Source: Octopus sinensis (Eukaryota). Taken from it: a stretch of DNA of 64,000 nt. Positions within the stretch are counted from its first letter, which is position 1. The number at the start of each line of letters is the position of its first letter. The position numbers and the translations under genes were made by a program. The DNA lies in the NCBI RefSeq assembly GCF_006345805.1, contig NC_042999.1, positions 158,782,001 to 158,846,000 of the forward strand, in the 5' to 3' direction. Shown piece by piece: positions 1 to 13,020 of the stretch. Under the pieces are notes generated by a model. It made no database searches. It saw only the letters and a list, made by a program, of their open reading frames with translations, and was not told where the DNA came from.

Positions 1-217
1 CCAGCATCGGTTGTCAAGCAATGCTACGGGGACAAACACAGACACACAAACACACACACGCATATATATATACATATATATACATATATACGACAGGCTT
101 CTTTCAGTTTCTTTCATTGGTGGGCCCAAGACACTTGCCCAAGATGCCACGCAGTGGAACTGAACCCGGAACCATGTGGTTGGTTAGCAAGCTACTTACC
201 ACACAGCCACTCCTGCG

Positions 218-219
<2 letters not shown>
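1..219 (-). mobile_element. tRNA-derived SINE, family A (octopus OK/OR-type), truncated at window edge
   Basis: Reverse complement gives the head GGCGCAGGAGTGGCTGTGTGGTAAGTAGCTTGC...GGTTCCGGGTTCAGTTCCACTGCG with A/B-box-like motifs, matching many copies in the window. Confidence 0.85.
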
Positions 220-276
<57 letters not shown>

Positions 277-284
277 TATATATA

Positions 285-785
285 ACTGTAGTTGTGTGAG
301 TGTCTGTCCTCTTCGATTTAGATTCCTAACTACTCCCACATTTTGCGGTGCAGTTTAACCAAATTCGGGTATCTTATAGTCGTGATTCATATCAAGCCCG
401 TCTGGGTATTAGCGCGTGTCTACGATGAGTCTACAATCTTAAAAATAATTTTACATTATTTTTTATTCCATTTTAATGCATATTTTTTCGTGTGTCGATG
501 GCGGCGGAGTTGGCGTCCACGCTCACACCTGCACTTGTTTGCTTCTCCCCCTTCTTCCCTCCCTCGTGAAGCTCTGGGGAAGGGAGTGTAAGGAAATCAA
601 CGTCGTAATGCGTTGTCAAGGAGACCAGCGTTCTTTTAGAACAACCACTTCATGGCTTGAAGTCGCCAAAACAGAAATCGCTAAAAAAGCTGAAACAGAT
701 CCACAAAAACGGCAATTACCGCCACACAGGGCAGGTTTCCTGTGCAAACAATTTGCACAACCGAATGTTTTAGTTGTTGCACAAA
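285..785 (+). mobile_element. Partial non-autonomous Helitron (5' module plus a different internal segment)
   Basis: Shares GATTTAGATTCCTAACTACTCCCACATTTTGCGGTGCAG... with the complete copies at 786, 15213, 46750 and 53311. Confidence 0.65.
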
Positions 786-1185
786 TCTTTATATATAAAA
801 GTAAGGTTGTGTGCTGTCTGTCTCCTACGATTTAGATTCCTAACTACTCCCACATTTTGCGGTGCAGTGTAACCAAAACCGGGTATCTTATAGTCGTGAT
901 TCATATCGAGCCCTTCTGGGTATTAGCGCGCGTCTATGATGAGTTAACGATTAAAAAAAAATTACCATCATTTTTTATTCCATTTTAATGCATTTCTCGC
1001 TATTATATAAGGGAAGTAACTCTCTAAAAATGTCTACGATGAGTCAACGATTTAAAAAAAAAAATTACCATCATTTCTTATTCCATTTTTAATGCATTTT
1101 TTGCTATTTTTTTGCTATAACACACGAAAAATGCTTATATAGTTATTTCCCTTACAAACCCGAGCAACGCCGGGCGATACTGGTA

Positions 1186-1186
<1 letters not shown>
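786..1186 (+). mobile_element. Non-autonomous Helitron, family H1
   Basis: A^TC start, subterminal hairpin CCCGAGCAACGCCGGG, end GTAG^T (CTAG in the other copies), no TSD. Confidence 0.8.
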
Positions 1187-1243
<57 letters not shown>

Positions 1244-1704
1244 ATATATATATATATTCTTAATAGAATTTAGAATAAAATCACGTTAATGATTATATCA
1301 AGTGGCCAGCATGAAATAAGACCTTATATACTAAACTAATGATTATATATATAAATATATAATTATATTAAATGGATCATGAAAGTAGACGCCAAAGGTG
1401 CTAAAACAAAACACTGTATAACTGTGCAAAACACGGGTTGTATGCGGGCTGATGAAAAATACTAAATAAGACTTCACAGTAAATTGTGTATTGGGTACAA
1501 TTTCGGTATTAAAACAATACAATAAAAAGAGCGTATTTCCCATCCTCAGCACAATATTCAAAGAACATAATCACAGATACTTATGCATACCCATACGAAG
1601 CAAAGGCGTACGTCTATATATAAATATCTGTGCTTATGCACCAGATAAAGTCAAATTTTTACTTTTAATTTCAGCCACGTGATATTTATTGAAATAGTCT
1701 CGCA

Positions 1705-1748
<44 letters not shown>

Positions 1749-1989
1749 TAGGAAAGGCACTTGGCATTGTTCGGGAATTAAATTGTTCCTTATATATTAA
1801 AAGAAAAAAGCAAAATATGTTGTACAGACATTTTTTATTCTAAATTCAATTTATTCTTCAATCGGAATACATGAAGAAAATTAATTCTGAATTCATAATA
1901 CAGAAAAAAAAAACATTAAACAATAACAATAATAAACGAAAATAAGAAATTTAGCACTTTTATGAAGGGAGATATATTCTATCATATAT

Positions 1990-2290
1990 GTTGAAGACGC
2001 AACTCTTTTGAGAAGCGTATTCAGCCTGTCTTGATCATGACGCTTACCTCTTTCCTCTGAGGATTGGCGAAGTCTTGCAGGAACTTTTTCCTCCTGGCTC
2101 TTCCTTTTTTTTTTAGTCTTATCTCTTGCTGACTATTGTCTTATTGGGAATTCTGGCAGCCTGTCTTTGTCTTGCATCTTTAAACGTTTTCTCTCTCCTT
2201 TTTTGACCCTTGGCTCCTGCGGATTGCATTTTGCTGACGTAATTGTTCTAACCGCTTTTCCCATGTCTCTTGTGAATAATTGGCCCTGCA
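1990..2290 (-). pseudogene. Decayed Helitron RepHel-like N-terminal charged-repeat coding remnant
   Basis: Minus-strand translation SQETWEKRLEQLRQQNAIRRSQ...KDARQRQAAR with frameshifts resembles the ET.E.R..RL repeats of Helitron proteins. Confidence 0.45.
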
Positions 2291-2920
2291 TGCAGTAGCT
2301 CACCTTCGGTCGTTTTCATGTATGTTTTATCTTTGAATTGCTTCAGTCATTTGACTGTGGCCATGCTGGGATACCACCTTGAAGAGTTTTAGTCGATCAA
2401 ATCGATTCCTGGACTTATTTTTTAAAGCTCAGTACTTATTTTATCGGTCGCTTTTGTTGAAGTGCTATGAAATGCTACGGGGACGTAGACACACCAACAC
2501 TTGTTGTCAAATGGTGGTGAGGGACAAACCGAGTGCGACGATATAAAAAATGAATCAAGTGAAAGCAAACGTTTCCTAATAACCGAAAGAGAGTTATCTG
2601 TATGGTTTACACGGAAAGAAAATCAGTATAGTCTATAAGTACACGCACATGCACAAACACAATCGAAGGCAACTTTATTTGTGTGTGTGTGTGTCTTTGA
2701 GCTTTAGTTCGTCCCTGATCACCACTTGACAACTGGTGTCGATTTATTTACGTTCTTTTTTTTACGTCCCCCTAACTGAGCGTATCGGCCTAGTATTAAC
2801 ACCAGGCTTTAAAAATGCAAATACTGGAGTCGACTAAAATCCTTCTAGTTCGGTTCGAAGAAGCTGTTCTTGTTGGGGCGTCAGTTGTGGTGTTTTTAAT
2901 CGTAGGGCTTATTCTAGTGT

Positions 2921-3316
2921 AGTGGAGGCGCAATGGCCCAGTGGTTAGGGCAGCGGACTCGCGGTCATAGGATCGCGGTTTCGATTCCCAGACCGGGCGT
3001 TGTGAGTGTTTATTGAGCGAAAACACCTAAAAGCTCCACGAGGCTCCGGCAGGGGATGGTGGTGATCCCTGCTGTACTCTTTCACCACAACTTTCTCTCA
3101 CTCTTACTTCCTGTTTCTGTTGTACCTGTATTTCAAGGGGCCGGCCTTGTCACTCTCTGTGTCACGCTGAATATCCCCGAGAACTATGTTAAGGGTGCAC
3201 GTGTCTGTGGAGTGCTCAGCCACTTACACGCAAATTTCACGAGCAGGCTGTTCCGTTGATTCGGATCAACCGGAACCCTCATCGTCGTAACCGACGGAGT
3301 GCTTCCCCCTGTCCCC
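2921..3316 (+). mobile_element. tRNA-derived SINE, family C, with 11-bp TSD
   Basis: Head GTGGAGGCGCAATGGCCCAGTGGTTAGGGCAGCGGACTCGCGG; TATTCTAGTGT directly repeated at 2910-2920 and 3317-3327. Confidence 0.88.
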
Positions 3317-3639
3317 TATTCTAGTGTCGAAAGTGTCTGTTGTACTAGTTTGTGAGTGATTATTTTCCTGTTTGCTTCAATGTTATCATAGTATTACTTT
3401 TCACTGTTGATATGTTTGTTATATTTATGGTGACAGTCGCAGTGTGGCTTCCACGTCTATTTTCCTGTGTTAATTTGTCGTTGTCACTATTGTTGTAATT
3501 GCTATTGTTGTTCATAAATTTTCTATGAACTATAGCAGGTAATGGTGGGAAAGTATTTCGATAATAGCTTTTGCAATGACCATCGCTTCCTTACATCTGA
3601 GGAGCTTATTGTTATTAAAAATATGTATATATAATTATA

Positions 3640-3880
3640 GTGGAGGTGCGTGGCTTAGTGGTTAGGGTGTCAGCATCATGAACTTAAGATTGTGGTTTCG
3701 ATTCCTTGACCGGGCAACGCGTTGTGTTCTTGAGCAAAACACTTCATTTCACGTTGCTCCAGTCCACTCAGCTGGCAAAAATCAGTAACGCTACGATGGA
3801 CTAACATCACGTCCAGCTGGAGAACACATACGCCATAGAAACCGGGCCCGTGAGGCTGGCTAGGCTTTAAAAGGGCGCAT
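3640..3880 (+). mobile_element. tRNA-derived SINE, family D
   Basis: tRNA-like head GTGGCTTAGTGGTTAGGGTG...GGTTTCGATTCC and central TTGAGCAAAACACTTCATTTCACGTTGCTCCAGTCCACTCAGCTG; related copy at 20433-20660. Confidence 0.8.
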
Positions 3881-4313
3881 TTATTATTTTTTTATATATA
3901 ATTATTTGAATTCACTCTTTTAAACTTCAAAAATATTCTACGAAGAGACCAACATTTCAGATAGCCTTCTGTCCTCAGATGATAGATACTATATGGTTCA
4001 GTAACAAAATGACACAACGAAAAGCTAAATAACTTTGTTCAAAACAATGAAATTCAGTAACAACTTACGTGCTCCTTATCGGCGCCTTTCGCTTGGAACT
4101 CCGATAATAATAATTCTATTAAATTTTGACACGAAGCCAATCATTTTGAGATAAGGAGACCGTGGATTACATTAATCCTAGTACTTCGAAATTTGCTCTA
4201 TTTTACCGAAATCGAAAAGATTAAAGGCAAAGATGGTCCCCGCGGTATATAAATTTACAAATTAAAGAGCGAAGCATTTTCTCAAATGCACTAACGATTT
4301 CAGAAGTCACCGC

Positions 4314-4338
4314 TTGAATAATAATAATAATAATAATA

Positions 4339-4407
<69 letters not shown>

Positions 4408-4460
4408 TGATGATGATGATAATAATGATATTAATAATAATAGTAATAACAATAATAATA
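4314..4460. repeat. (AAT)n microsatellite
   Basis: Direct reading. Confidence 0.97.
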
Positions 4461-4469
4461 ATAATGATA

Positions 4470-5340
4470 ATAACGAACGGGTGCTGCGCAGCGAATAAAA
4501 GCCGGAGCTCTGGAGTGAATAACGAACACCTTACAGAAATTCTACATGGCGTCAGGGAAACAGTTCGATTGAAGTAAGATACCCGTCTGATATGAAAGAA
4601 GTAGTGTCATTTTGGAAAAGCATATGGAACGATAGAAAGGAATTCAAAAAGGATGCTGAATGGGTAGGGAAAGAAGAACAAAGATTTGTTAGGATTGAAG
4701 AACAGCGATGGAATGATATTGCAATGGAGGAATTAACTCAAGTTCTATCCCAAGCTCATCAGTGGTACTCTCCTGCACATGAGAAAATCTCAAACTTCTG
4801 GATTAATAGCCTCTCATCATCGAACTGTCAATTAATGGAATGTTTCCCTTACATCATCAGAAATCCCGAAAAGAATCCAAGCTAGCTAACATTAGGGATA
4901 ACATACCTATTCCGTAAAGCGAGTGACACAAAACCCCGCCAAAACTACAGGCCAATCACTTGTTTGATCACAATGTACGAATTACTTATATCGATCCTCA
5001 CCGAAAGGATGTATCAAATTGTCGATGAAAACAATATTCTTCCTCTTGAACAATAAAGGTGTAAAAGAAACTTATACGGCTGCAAAGACCCGCTATTAAT
5101 AATCCGTTTGATACGCGAAAATTGCTGGGGTAATTTGAAATGGTATTCAGGCAACCCCAGACGTAATGTAATTTAGATTTTAGATTACCGGATGGTAACT
5201 TTAAAAGGGAAGTAACTTGATTAAACGGCGTGAGCTCTACGCCGGGGAAGGGCGAATAAGCCATGCCGTGCTTAAAACATGAAGTCAAGTATTTCTGTAG
5301 AATTTCTGTCACACTTAGGAATCAAACGTAACAAGTTTAG
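4470..5340 (+). pseudogene. R4/Dong-like non-LTR retrotransposon fragment (start of RT region)
   Basis: FWKSIW...DAEW, ISNFWI, NYRPITCL.TMY.LL.SIL and KGCKRNLYGCKDPLLI motifs with stops and frameshifts; abuts (AAT)n. Confidence 0.78.
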
Positions 5341-5479
5341 AAGACTCAGTCGGAAAAGTAAAAGAAATGATCGAAAAAATTACCACTGCAAAATTAGCGT
5401 TGCTTTCACGTCTGGTGTCATTGTCTTAAGAAGTAAAAAAGAAACGGAAAAAGAAGAAAAACAACAACAGCAACAGCGG

Positions 5480-5500
5480 CAGTAGTAGTAGTAGTAGTAA

Positions 5501-5546
<46 letters not shown>

Positions 5547-5657
5547 CGTGGGAAATGGAGAATGCTCCTAACGTTCAAATAAGCAGATTGACGATGATGA
5601 TGAATATGATGATAGCCATCATCATCATCATCATCATCGTCGTCGTCGTCGTCATCG

Positions 5658-5704
<47 letters not shown>

Positions 5705-5745
5705 GTCGTCGTCGTCGTCGTCATCGTCGTCATCGTCATCATCAC
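5480..5745. repeat. (GTA)n and (CAT/CGT)n microsatellites
   Basis: Direct reading. Confidence 0.95.
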
Positions 5746-5918
5746 CATGCGTATGCTTGCTGCTGATTCTGTTGACGCTAAGATTTTATGATAAATCTCT
5801 TTACGTTGGTACATGCCTAACTTTCACAGGGAAGCATGTTTAATCAATTCAATCGATATTGAATTTCGCCCACACAGAGTTTCAAACAGATATACATATA
5901 AGCAGTTAAATATACACG

Positions 5919-5951
<33 letters not shown>

Positions 5952-6387
5952 CACACACACACACACACACACACACTTAAACATATCCCGCTTTTCTTAT
6001 CTTTTATTTGTTTCAGTCGCTGAACTTCAGTCAGGCAGTGGGACTGGCTGAAGAGTTTTATCGAAGAAATCGACCCCATTACTTGCTGTGTGTGCGTGCG
6101 TGTATGTCTGTGTATCTGTGTGTGTGTGTGTGTGTTTGCGTGTGCTTACATACTTGCATGCTTACACACACACACACACACATGTATGTAATAAGTAAAA
6201 TGGATTAAAAAATCCAGGCGGATATCTTCAAAGCATCAGTGTTAAACGAATTTGGTTAGCTCTATCTCGCAATCAGATACCAATAAAGGCAAGTAGAATA
6301 AACACCTAAATTAATTCCTCCTCTATGACAAGTAGATCCAAATATCGTTTAGAAGAATTCCAAGAAAATTGAATATATTTGAACATA

Positions 6388-6777
6388 GGCGCAGGAGTGG
6401 CTGTGTGGTAAGTAGCTTGTTTACCAACCACATGGTTCCGGGTTCAGTCCCACTGCGTGGCACCTTAGGCAAGTGTCTTCTACTATAGCCTCGGGCCGAC
6501 CAAAGCCTTGTGAGTGGATTTGGTAGACGGATACTGAAAGAAGCCCGTCGTATATATGTATATATATGTATGTATGTGTATCTGTATATGTTTGTGTGTC
6601 TGTGTTTGTCCCCCCCAACATCGCTGGACAACCGATGCTAGTGTGTTTACGTCCCCGGCAAAAGAGACCAATAGAATAGGTACTAGGCTTACAAAGAGTA
6701 AGTCCTGGGGTCGATTTTCTCGACTAAAAGGTGATGCTCCAGCATGGCCACAGTCAAATGACTGAAACAAGTAAAAG
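6388..6777 (+). mobile_element. SINE family A, full length
   Basis: Head, internal (TA)/(TG) tract, and tail ending CAGTCAAATGACTGAAACAAGTAAAAG. Confidence 0.9.
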
Positions 6778-6789
6778 CGTATAGTAATG

Positions 6790-7527
6790 TAGCCGAAAAT
6801 TCATGTTAAAACAGCGTTATCAAGGCAATCCCAAATCGGTTAAATTCGAAGTGAACTAAGAAAATATCTCAACTAGACGAAAGTATACACTGGGAGAGTG
6901 TATCCTATCTGCAGTTCATTCGACAGTGCGTGCTGGTAGCGCAGGGCTTGGACTTTTTTAAACTCCTTCGGACTATTCATTCCGTGACTTTGTAGACGTG
7001 TGAAGTCAGAGACATAGACCTATAAGTTTTAGCATCTACTCCTTTATGAATAAGGCATATTGTTCCCTCCTTCAATTTGCTTGGGAGATTATCACTTGTA
7101 AGGACGATCTGAAAAACAGGATATAGTGGTTTTGCATGGGCTCCTTTGTATGATCCGTGAAGGATTGCTGGGAATCCACCAGGACCTTCAGCTGAGGTAG
7201 CGTCTACCTCATCTATAGCCAGCATTACATTTTCCTTGATAACGATGTACTCAATTGTCCCGGCCTCTCTTTTTACATCTATAGTGGTAAAGAACTCTAC
7301 CGGTTTGCTGACTTGCAAGTACCGAAAGGGTGGGGTAAAACACCCCACTTATCCCCATTAGCTTTCCCTTGGAGGAACCATCTTTGTGGAGGTGTGGCCC
7401 TACCATGCAACGCACGGAAGCATTTTCTTTGGCATACTTAAAGGGTTTGATTTTTCTATTTTCTTTTATCCAGTCATCTTTGTCTACATACAATCTCTCT
7501 CTCTCTCCCTCTCTCTCTCTCTCCCTC

Positions 7528-7564
<37 letters not shown>

Positions 7565-8340
7565 TTCATAGGAGTATTTCAGATTTTTCTCAATCTCCAA
7601 CAGTGTTGTTTTCAGGCAGGACTATTCACTGCCATTGAATTCTTTGTTTAGGTGGTTTGCTATCTTTGTATGCACCTCTCATAAAAACTGTCCCCCACTT
7701 GGGAATTTCGTTATGTTCAGGGTTCGTTCTCTCTGGCACAAACTTGTAGCATGTAACTTAAATTACGGACATGAATTCCTTGAGTTTCATGACGATGTCA
7801 GTTGTGGAAAGACATTGAAGCCAATCGATTTCCTGTCTGCTTTATGGAATTTCAGACTGGATAAATTTAGATGCTTCTCATAAGCTGCATGTCTGCGTAT
7901 TCCTTTGGTCCATACATGGTCAGCTCTATTATATTGTAATCCGAGACCTGTGTCAGCATCAATTTCACATTATAGACGAGATCCATATCGTTTTTGAAAC
8001 AAATAAAAAATAGTATTTGCCCCGGTTGCTTGGAGTACAACTGCTCCATGTATAACGTATTAGTGATGTCGAACAGGGATTCCGCCTGTCTTTGTTCGCA
8101 GTGCATCACTCCTGAGATGTAAAGACCCCCAGGCCACCATACGTTGGACATGTTGGTATCTCCCATGAGAAGTACATTGGTATTTTGTTCTAATTTGGTT
8201 AGGACTTCACTAATTTTGCAAGGCATTCTTTAAATAGGTCCCTTTGATTTGGAGCATCTATGGGATGATTAGCACATATAGCTATATAGAATTTTTTAAT
8301 ATATACAATCAGTGTGTCTCACAATGAGTTTGAGTAAAAA
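6790..8340 (-). pseudogene. Decayed CR1/L2-type LINE ORF2 (APE endonuclease to RT)
   Basis: ORF 7867-8226 (VLLMGDTNM..V.W) is APE-like; ORF 6977-7348 (SAEGPGGFPA.L, YRSMSLTSHVYKV.E) is RT N-terminal; interrupted by (CT)n at about 7495-7562. Confidence 0.8.
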
Positions 8341-8419
8341 CCTGGGTCATGAAGTCTTTATAGTTGTCCATTACAACTCCATGACTCCTCTTTTCTGTCG
8401 ATTCACAATATAACATACT

Positions 8420-8645
8420 TTGCTATGAGCATATTATGAGGAGAAAGTCCCCGGAGAAGGATATCATGCTCGGAATGGTCAGTGGCAAGAGAGGAAGAGG
8501 CCGACCAAGAACCCGCTGGCTCGACATCCTCAAGAGTGATACCGGAATGGACATAGCCAATCTGAAAGAAGCAGCCCAGGATAGAACTCACTGGTGGACA
8601 CTGATCCAACGAGTAACCGAGAGTCGACTTCGACTGAGCGGATAG
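8420..8645 (+). pseudogene. RTE-clade LINE 3' end
   Basis: EKDIMLGMVSGKRGRGRPRTRWLD...AAQDR..W is the typical RTE/BovB C-terminus. Confidence 0.85.
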
Positions 8646-8649
8646 AAAG

Positions 8650-9158
8650 ATAGATAGCTATGAGCATTCTGCGATGTTGGGTTTCAGTGAGTGCTATGCA
8701 TAAGGCTTGATTGCGTGTCACGAGGTAACTCATGAAGGGAATAATTGTTCTGTTGCTGAGTTGTAACAGTTCTCTAATAGTAAGAGAATTGTTGTGACTT
8801 CTATGCTGATGCTAGTGGTGGCCACCTTGGATTCGTTGGCTGGTCTTGTGTGTAGTGAGGATGGCTCTGACTCTGGAATTGATGTAACCAGGTCAGTTGT
8901 TGCACGGTCTTTTGTGCCATGCTTAAAAAAATAATGCTGCTCAGCTGCACAGCTGCAGTTCTTATGATTGTATCTGAATAGGGCTGGATGTTGGAAATTT
9001 AAGTTTGCCCATTTGAAACGCGTGACCTCCAGAGCAACATTCTTCATCTTTTAAAATGTTGCCCGCGTAGACCCGAATGAAACCGGGTTATAATACCTAA
9101 ACAAGTATAACAATAATAAGCTATTTTAATCCCGAGCAAGGCCGGGTTTGTCTTCTAG
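8650..9158 (+). mobile_element. Non-autonomous Helitron, family H2
   Basis: Ends CCCGAGCAAGGCCGGG-TTTGTCTT-CTAG^T; reverse-complement relatives at 11700-12170. The 5' boundary is uncertain. Confidence 0.6.
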
Positions 9159-9166
9159 TCATTCTA

Positions 9167-9577
9167 TAAAAAGTAAAGAAAATAAAAATTAAAAGAGTCA
9201 AAAGGAAGAGTAAGTACGCTTAGGCAGCTTTTTAATCGCTACAAATGTTTCAATACATGCACATCCTCGTATATACAGGGTTTAATGTTAAGTTTAAATT
9301 AAATTATGTAATGATTTATCTGTATAAGATCTATATACATATCCTCAGGCTGTCTTCGCAAGCAAATTTAGATTTCGATGCTACAACTGAGTATCGCCTG
9401 AGGAGTGACACATATATCTTCTTATACAGGCAAATCATTACATAATTTAATTTAAACTTAACATTAAATCCTGTGTATACGAGGATCTGTATGTATCGAA
9501 ACACTTGTAGTGATTAAAAAGCTGCCTAATCGAATTTAATCCTTCTTTTGACTCTTTTACTTTTTACTTTTTATTTT
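9167..9577. repeat. Long inverted repeat (fold-back)
   Basis: About 9167-9350 is the reverse complement of about 9397-9577 with scattered mismatches. Confidence 0.85.
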
Positions 9578-10992
9578 CACACACGAGGAACACCTAAGAC
9601 TAGAATTGGTAGCATACCATAAGAATACTACCGGCTATTTTGGAATTCTAAGAGTGAATCAGCTCTATTTGTACTCTTATGCGTTCTTAACAGAACACAC
9701 TATAATCATTCTATAGATATATTCCCACGTACGCATGTAGATATATAGATAGATATATACATAGAGAGATACATAGAGAGAGGGAGGGAGAGCGCGTGTG
9801 TGCGCACGTGAGTGTGTGTGTGTGGGTGTGTGTGACATGGACAGAAAGAGAAAACAGGTTTGTTTGATTTTTACTGTTTTATGTCGTAAGAAGGTAGGAA
9901 GGTAAATCGTGAAAAATTGAGCAATTAATTAAAGTACTGAAACGCACAGCAGCACAGATGTTCGCCCAAACGATAAAAACCACAAGAACTTACCGATCAA
10001 TCTACGACTTTATCACGTTTCACAAACCGATGTGCTTAACGATTGGCAAAGATGCTAAGTGTACATATAGATAATAGATATATGCACACACACACACATA
10101 CACTCACAAGCACACACATACACACACACGCGCCTGCACACACACACACACAAGCACACATATATATATATAGATAGATAGATATATACACAGGTGCAGG
10201 TGTGTCTGTGTGATAAGTTTGCTTCCCAGCCATATAATTCCGGGTCTACACCACACTCGCGCGCACACACACACACACACACACACGCACATGCACACAC
10301 ACACACCCATAAACACTCACACAGATATCTGTATGTGTGTGTTTATGTGTGTGGGTGTGGGTGTGTGGGTGTGTGCCTGTATGTTTCTTTCAGTCAGCTT
10401 GGTAGATGACACTAACAATAAGTGCCAGGTTTAAACCCATGAGTATTGGAACTGATTTCCTTCAACTAAGATTGTTGAAGAAGTTGCCCTAAGATGGCCG
10501 CTGTCACAAATCACTGAAAAAATTAAAAGACTAATGATAAAAATAAACAGATGAAATATATAGACGTACACACACACATGCACATATACATATATCTATT
10601 GTATATGTATATATATATATATGTGTGTGTGTTTATGTATATATGTATGTATATATACATATATATATATACATATACGTGCATACATATGCATATATCC
10701 ATACACACATGTATACAAGTATATATGTATATATATACATATATACATGTATATATATGTACATATATACATACATATATATATATATGTATGTATATAT
10801 ATATATATATATATATACATATATGTATATATATAATTATATACGTGTATATATATAAATGTATGTGTAAAAATAACAAGGAAAAAATAAATAAATAGTT
10901 GCCAGAGTAGCAAAAATTCATATAAGTGCCAAGGATGTTATAGCCTACCTGTAAAGGTGGAAGTTCCAGGGTTTAGTGGTATGTGTTTGATT

Positions 10993-11211
10993 CACATAGA
11001 TAAATTAAGAAATGGAGTTAAACGCAGGTGCTATTCAAATCTATATACTTCGGGGATATGTTTCGAAGAAAACATCGGTAATATTTTTGAGGGAAGAAAA
11101 GGATTTTATTCACTTAGGAATAATACCAATGTTTTCTTCGAAACACGTGTCGGAAATATATAGGTTTGAATAACACTTGCGCTTAACACCATTACTTAAT
11201 TTATTTATGTG
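10993..11211. repeat. Inverted repeat with about 90-bp arms, PLE-terminus-like
   Basis: 10993-11083 is the reverse complement of 11119-11211; contains CGAAACACGTGTCG. Confidence 0.8.
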
Positions 11212-11234
11212 TGTATATATATATCTTTATATAA

Positions 11235-12205
11235 ACAGGGACATATAACATGAGGCGAGGAAGCGACTGGACTAGGTTAGAAATCTCCATCGCAATGGTT
11301 GTGTTTACTAGGGCAGAAAAACCTGTTTTCTATCGATTCTGCAAGCTGTGGAGCTCGTGTTTTGTGGGAGATTTTAATTTGAGGCGAGGTTGCATTTGTC
11401 TTTTAGAATTAGAAAAAACGGGAGGGGTGGTGTCAAAAGGACTGGCATGTGTAACCTGGTCACTTCTGTCAGTCAAGCTCCCGACTCAAGCGTTCACGTC
11501 GCGACACTGATTCTGCGAAATTAAGTTGGGTGTGAGTTAATTTTCGCCGCAATCCGAGCACGCCTACAGCCGTTGAACCCTGCATAATCACTAAATGAAC
11601 ATACAACTTTCAACTTTAATGAACATACAACTTATGGTGTATGTTCACTAAATGAACATACAACATAAACATACAACTTTCGGCCATTTCACTTTTATAT
11701 AGTGAGAGTTTAGTATCAGAGAAACCCGGCTTGCTTGGGATTAAAATAGTTTATTATTGTTTTACTTGTTTCGGTATTATAATCCGATTTCTTTCGGGTC
11801 TACGCGGGCAACATTTTAAAAGATGAGGAATTTTGCTCTAGAGGCCACGCCTTTCAATTGAGCAAACTCTGCCACTTTGCCATGCACTTTTAACATAGAC
11901 GTGCAAATTTTCAGCTTAATCCGACCGCATTTACTTACACAACTGCTTGTGAGACAACGTCCGCCCTGTAGATTTACATTTTAACCCCGTTGCTCGGGAT
12001 TAAAATGGCATAGTTTTTCATTGTTTTACTTGTTTAGTTATTATAACCCGATTTCATTCGTGTCTAATCAGACCACATTTAAAAAGTGAGGAATTTTGCC
12101 CTAGAGGTCACGCCTTTCAATTGAGCAAAGTTAAAGTTGCCATGCAAACTCGACATCAGTTTTAACATAGGTGTGCATATTTTCAGCTCAATCTAACCAC
12201 ATATG

Positions 12206-12254
<49 letters not shown>

Positions 12255-12358
12255 TATATATATGTACATATACGCATTATATATGCGCATTATTATGTAT
12301 ATATGTATACACATTATATACATACACACATATATATATACGCACTCACACACACACA

Positions 12359-12407
<49 letters not shown>

Positions 12408-12950
12408 AATAAATTAACACAATAAGTATCTGATTAATGATATCTGTTATCATGATTGCGCGGTGGTGGTGGGCGATAATAATTCATTGTTGTAAAAGAC
12501 CTGTGGCGGGAATATTTACACTTTTTGCGGCTGTCAACACTTTCTCTCTATAGATACAGACAGACGTACAGGGAGAGAGATGGTGGGAGACAGAATGACA
12601 GAGAGACGGCAAAGGCAGAGAGGGAATGAGAGTGGAAGCTGTCAAACGTCGTTATAGACAGAAATTGAAGGGAATGTGGAAAGAGAGAGATCGAGGAAGA
12701 CAGGGTGATATCCAAAAGTGAGAGACAACAAACACTTATCAAAGTCTTGGTTTTGTTGTCCTAGTAACCACAGCTTTTGAGATGGAAATTTCTAACCGAA
12801 TCCAGTCGCTTCCTCGTCTGATGTTACATGTCCCTGTAAATTTTCGCCGCAATCCGAGGACGCCTACTGCCGTTGAACTCTGCATAACCACTAAAGGAGA
12901 CACGCAAACATACAACTTTCGGGCATTTCACTTTTATATATAGAGATATC
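11235..12950 (-). mobile_element. Cluster of tandem/nested Helitron H2 fragments interrupted by microsatellites
   Basis: Repeated 5' module (CATTTCACTTTTATATA at about 11690 and 12930) and hairpin-bearing modules (11720, 11990). Confidence 0.6.
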
Positions 12951-12972
12951 TATCTATATATATGCATACATC

Positions 12973-13020
<48 letters not shown>

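Noticed and set aside
2921-3000. tRNA-like sequences at SINE heads (also 3640, 6388, 55650 and others)
   Set aside because: There is no complete cloverleaf, and each continues into a multi-copy SINE body.
9470-9520. ACGAGGA...GAAACACTTGTA as a hammerhead
   Set aside because: The core lacks CUG, and stems I and II do not pair convincingly.
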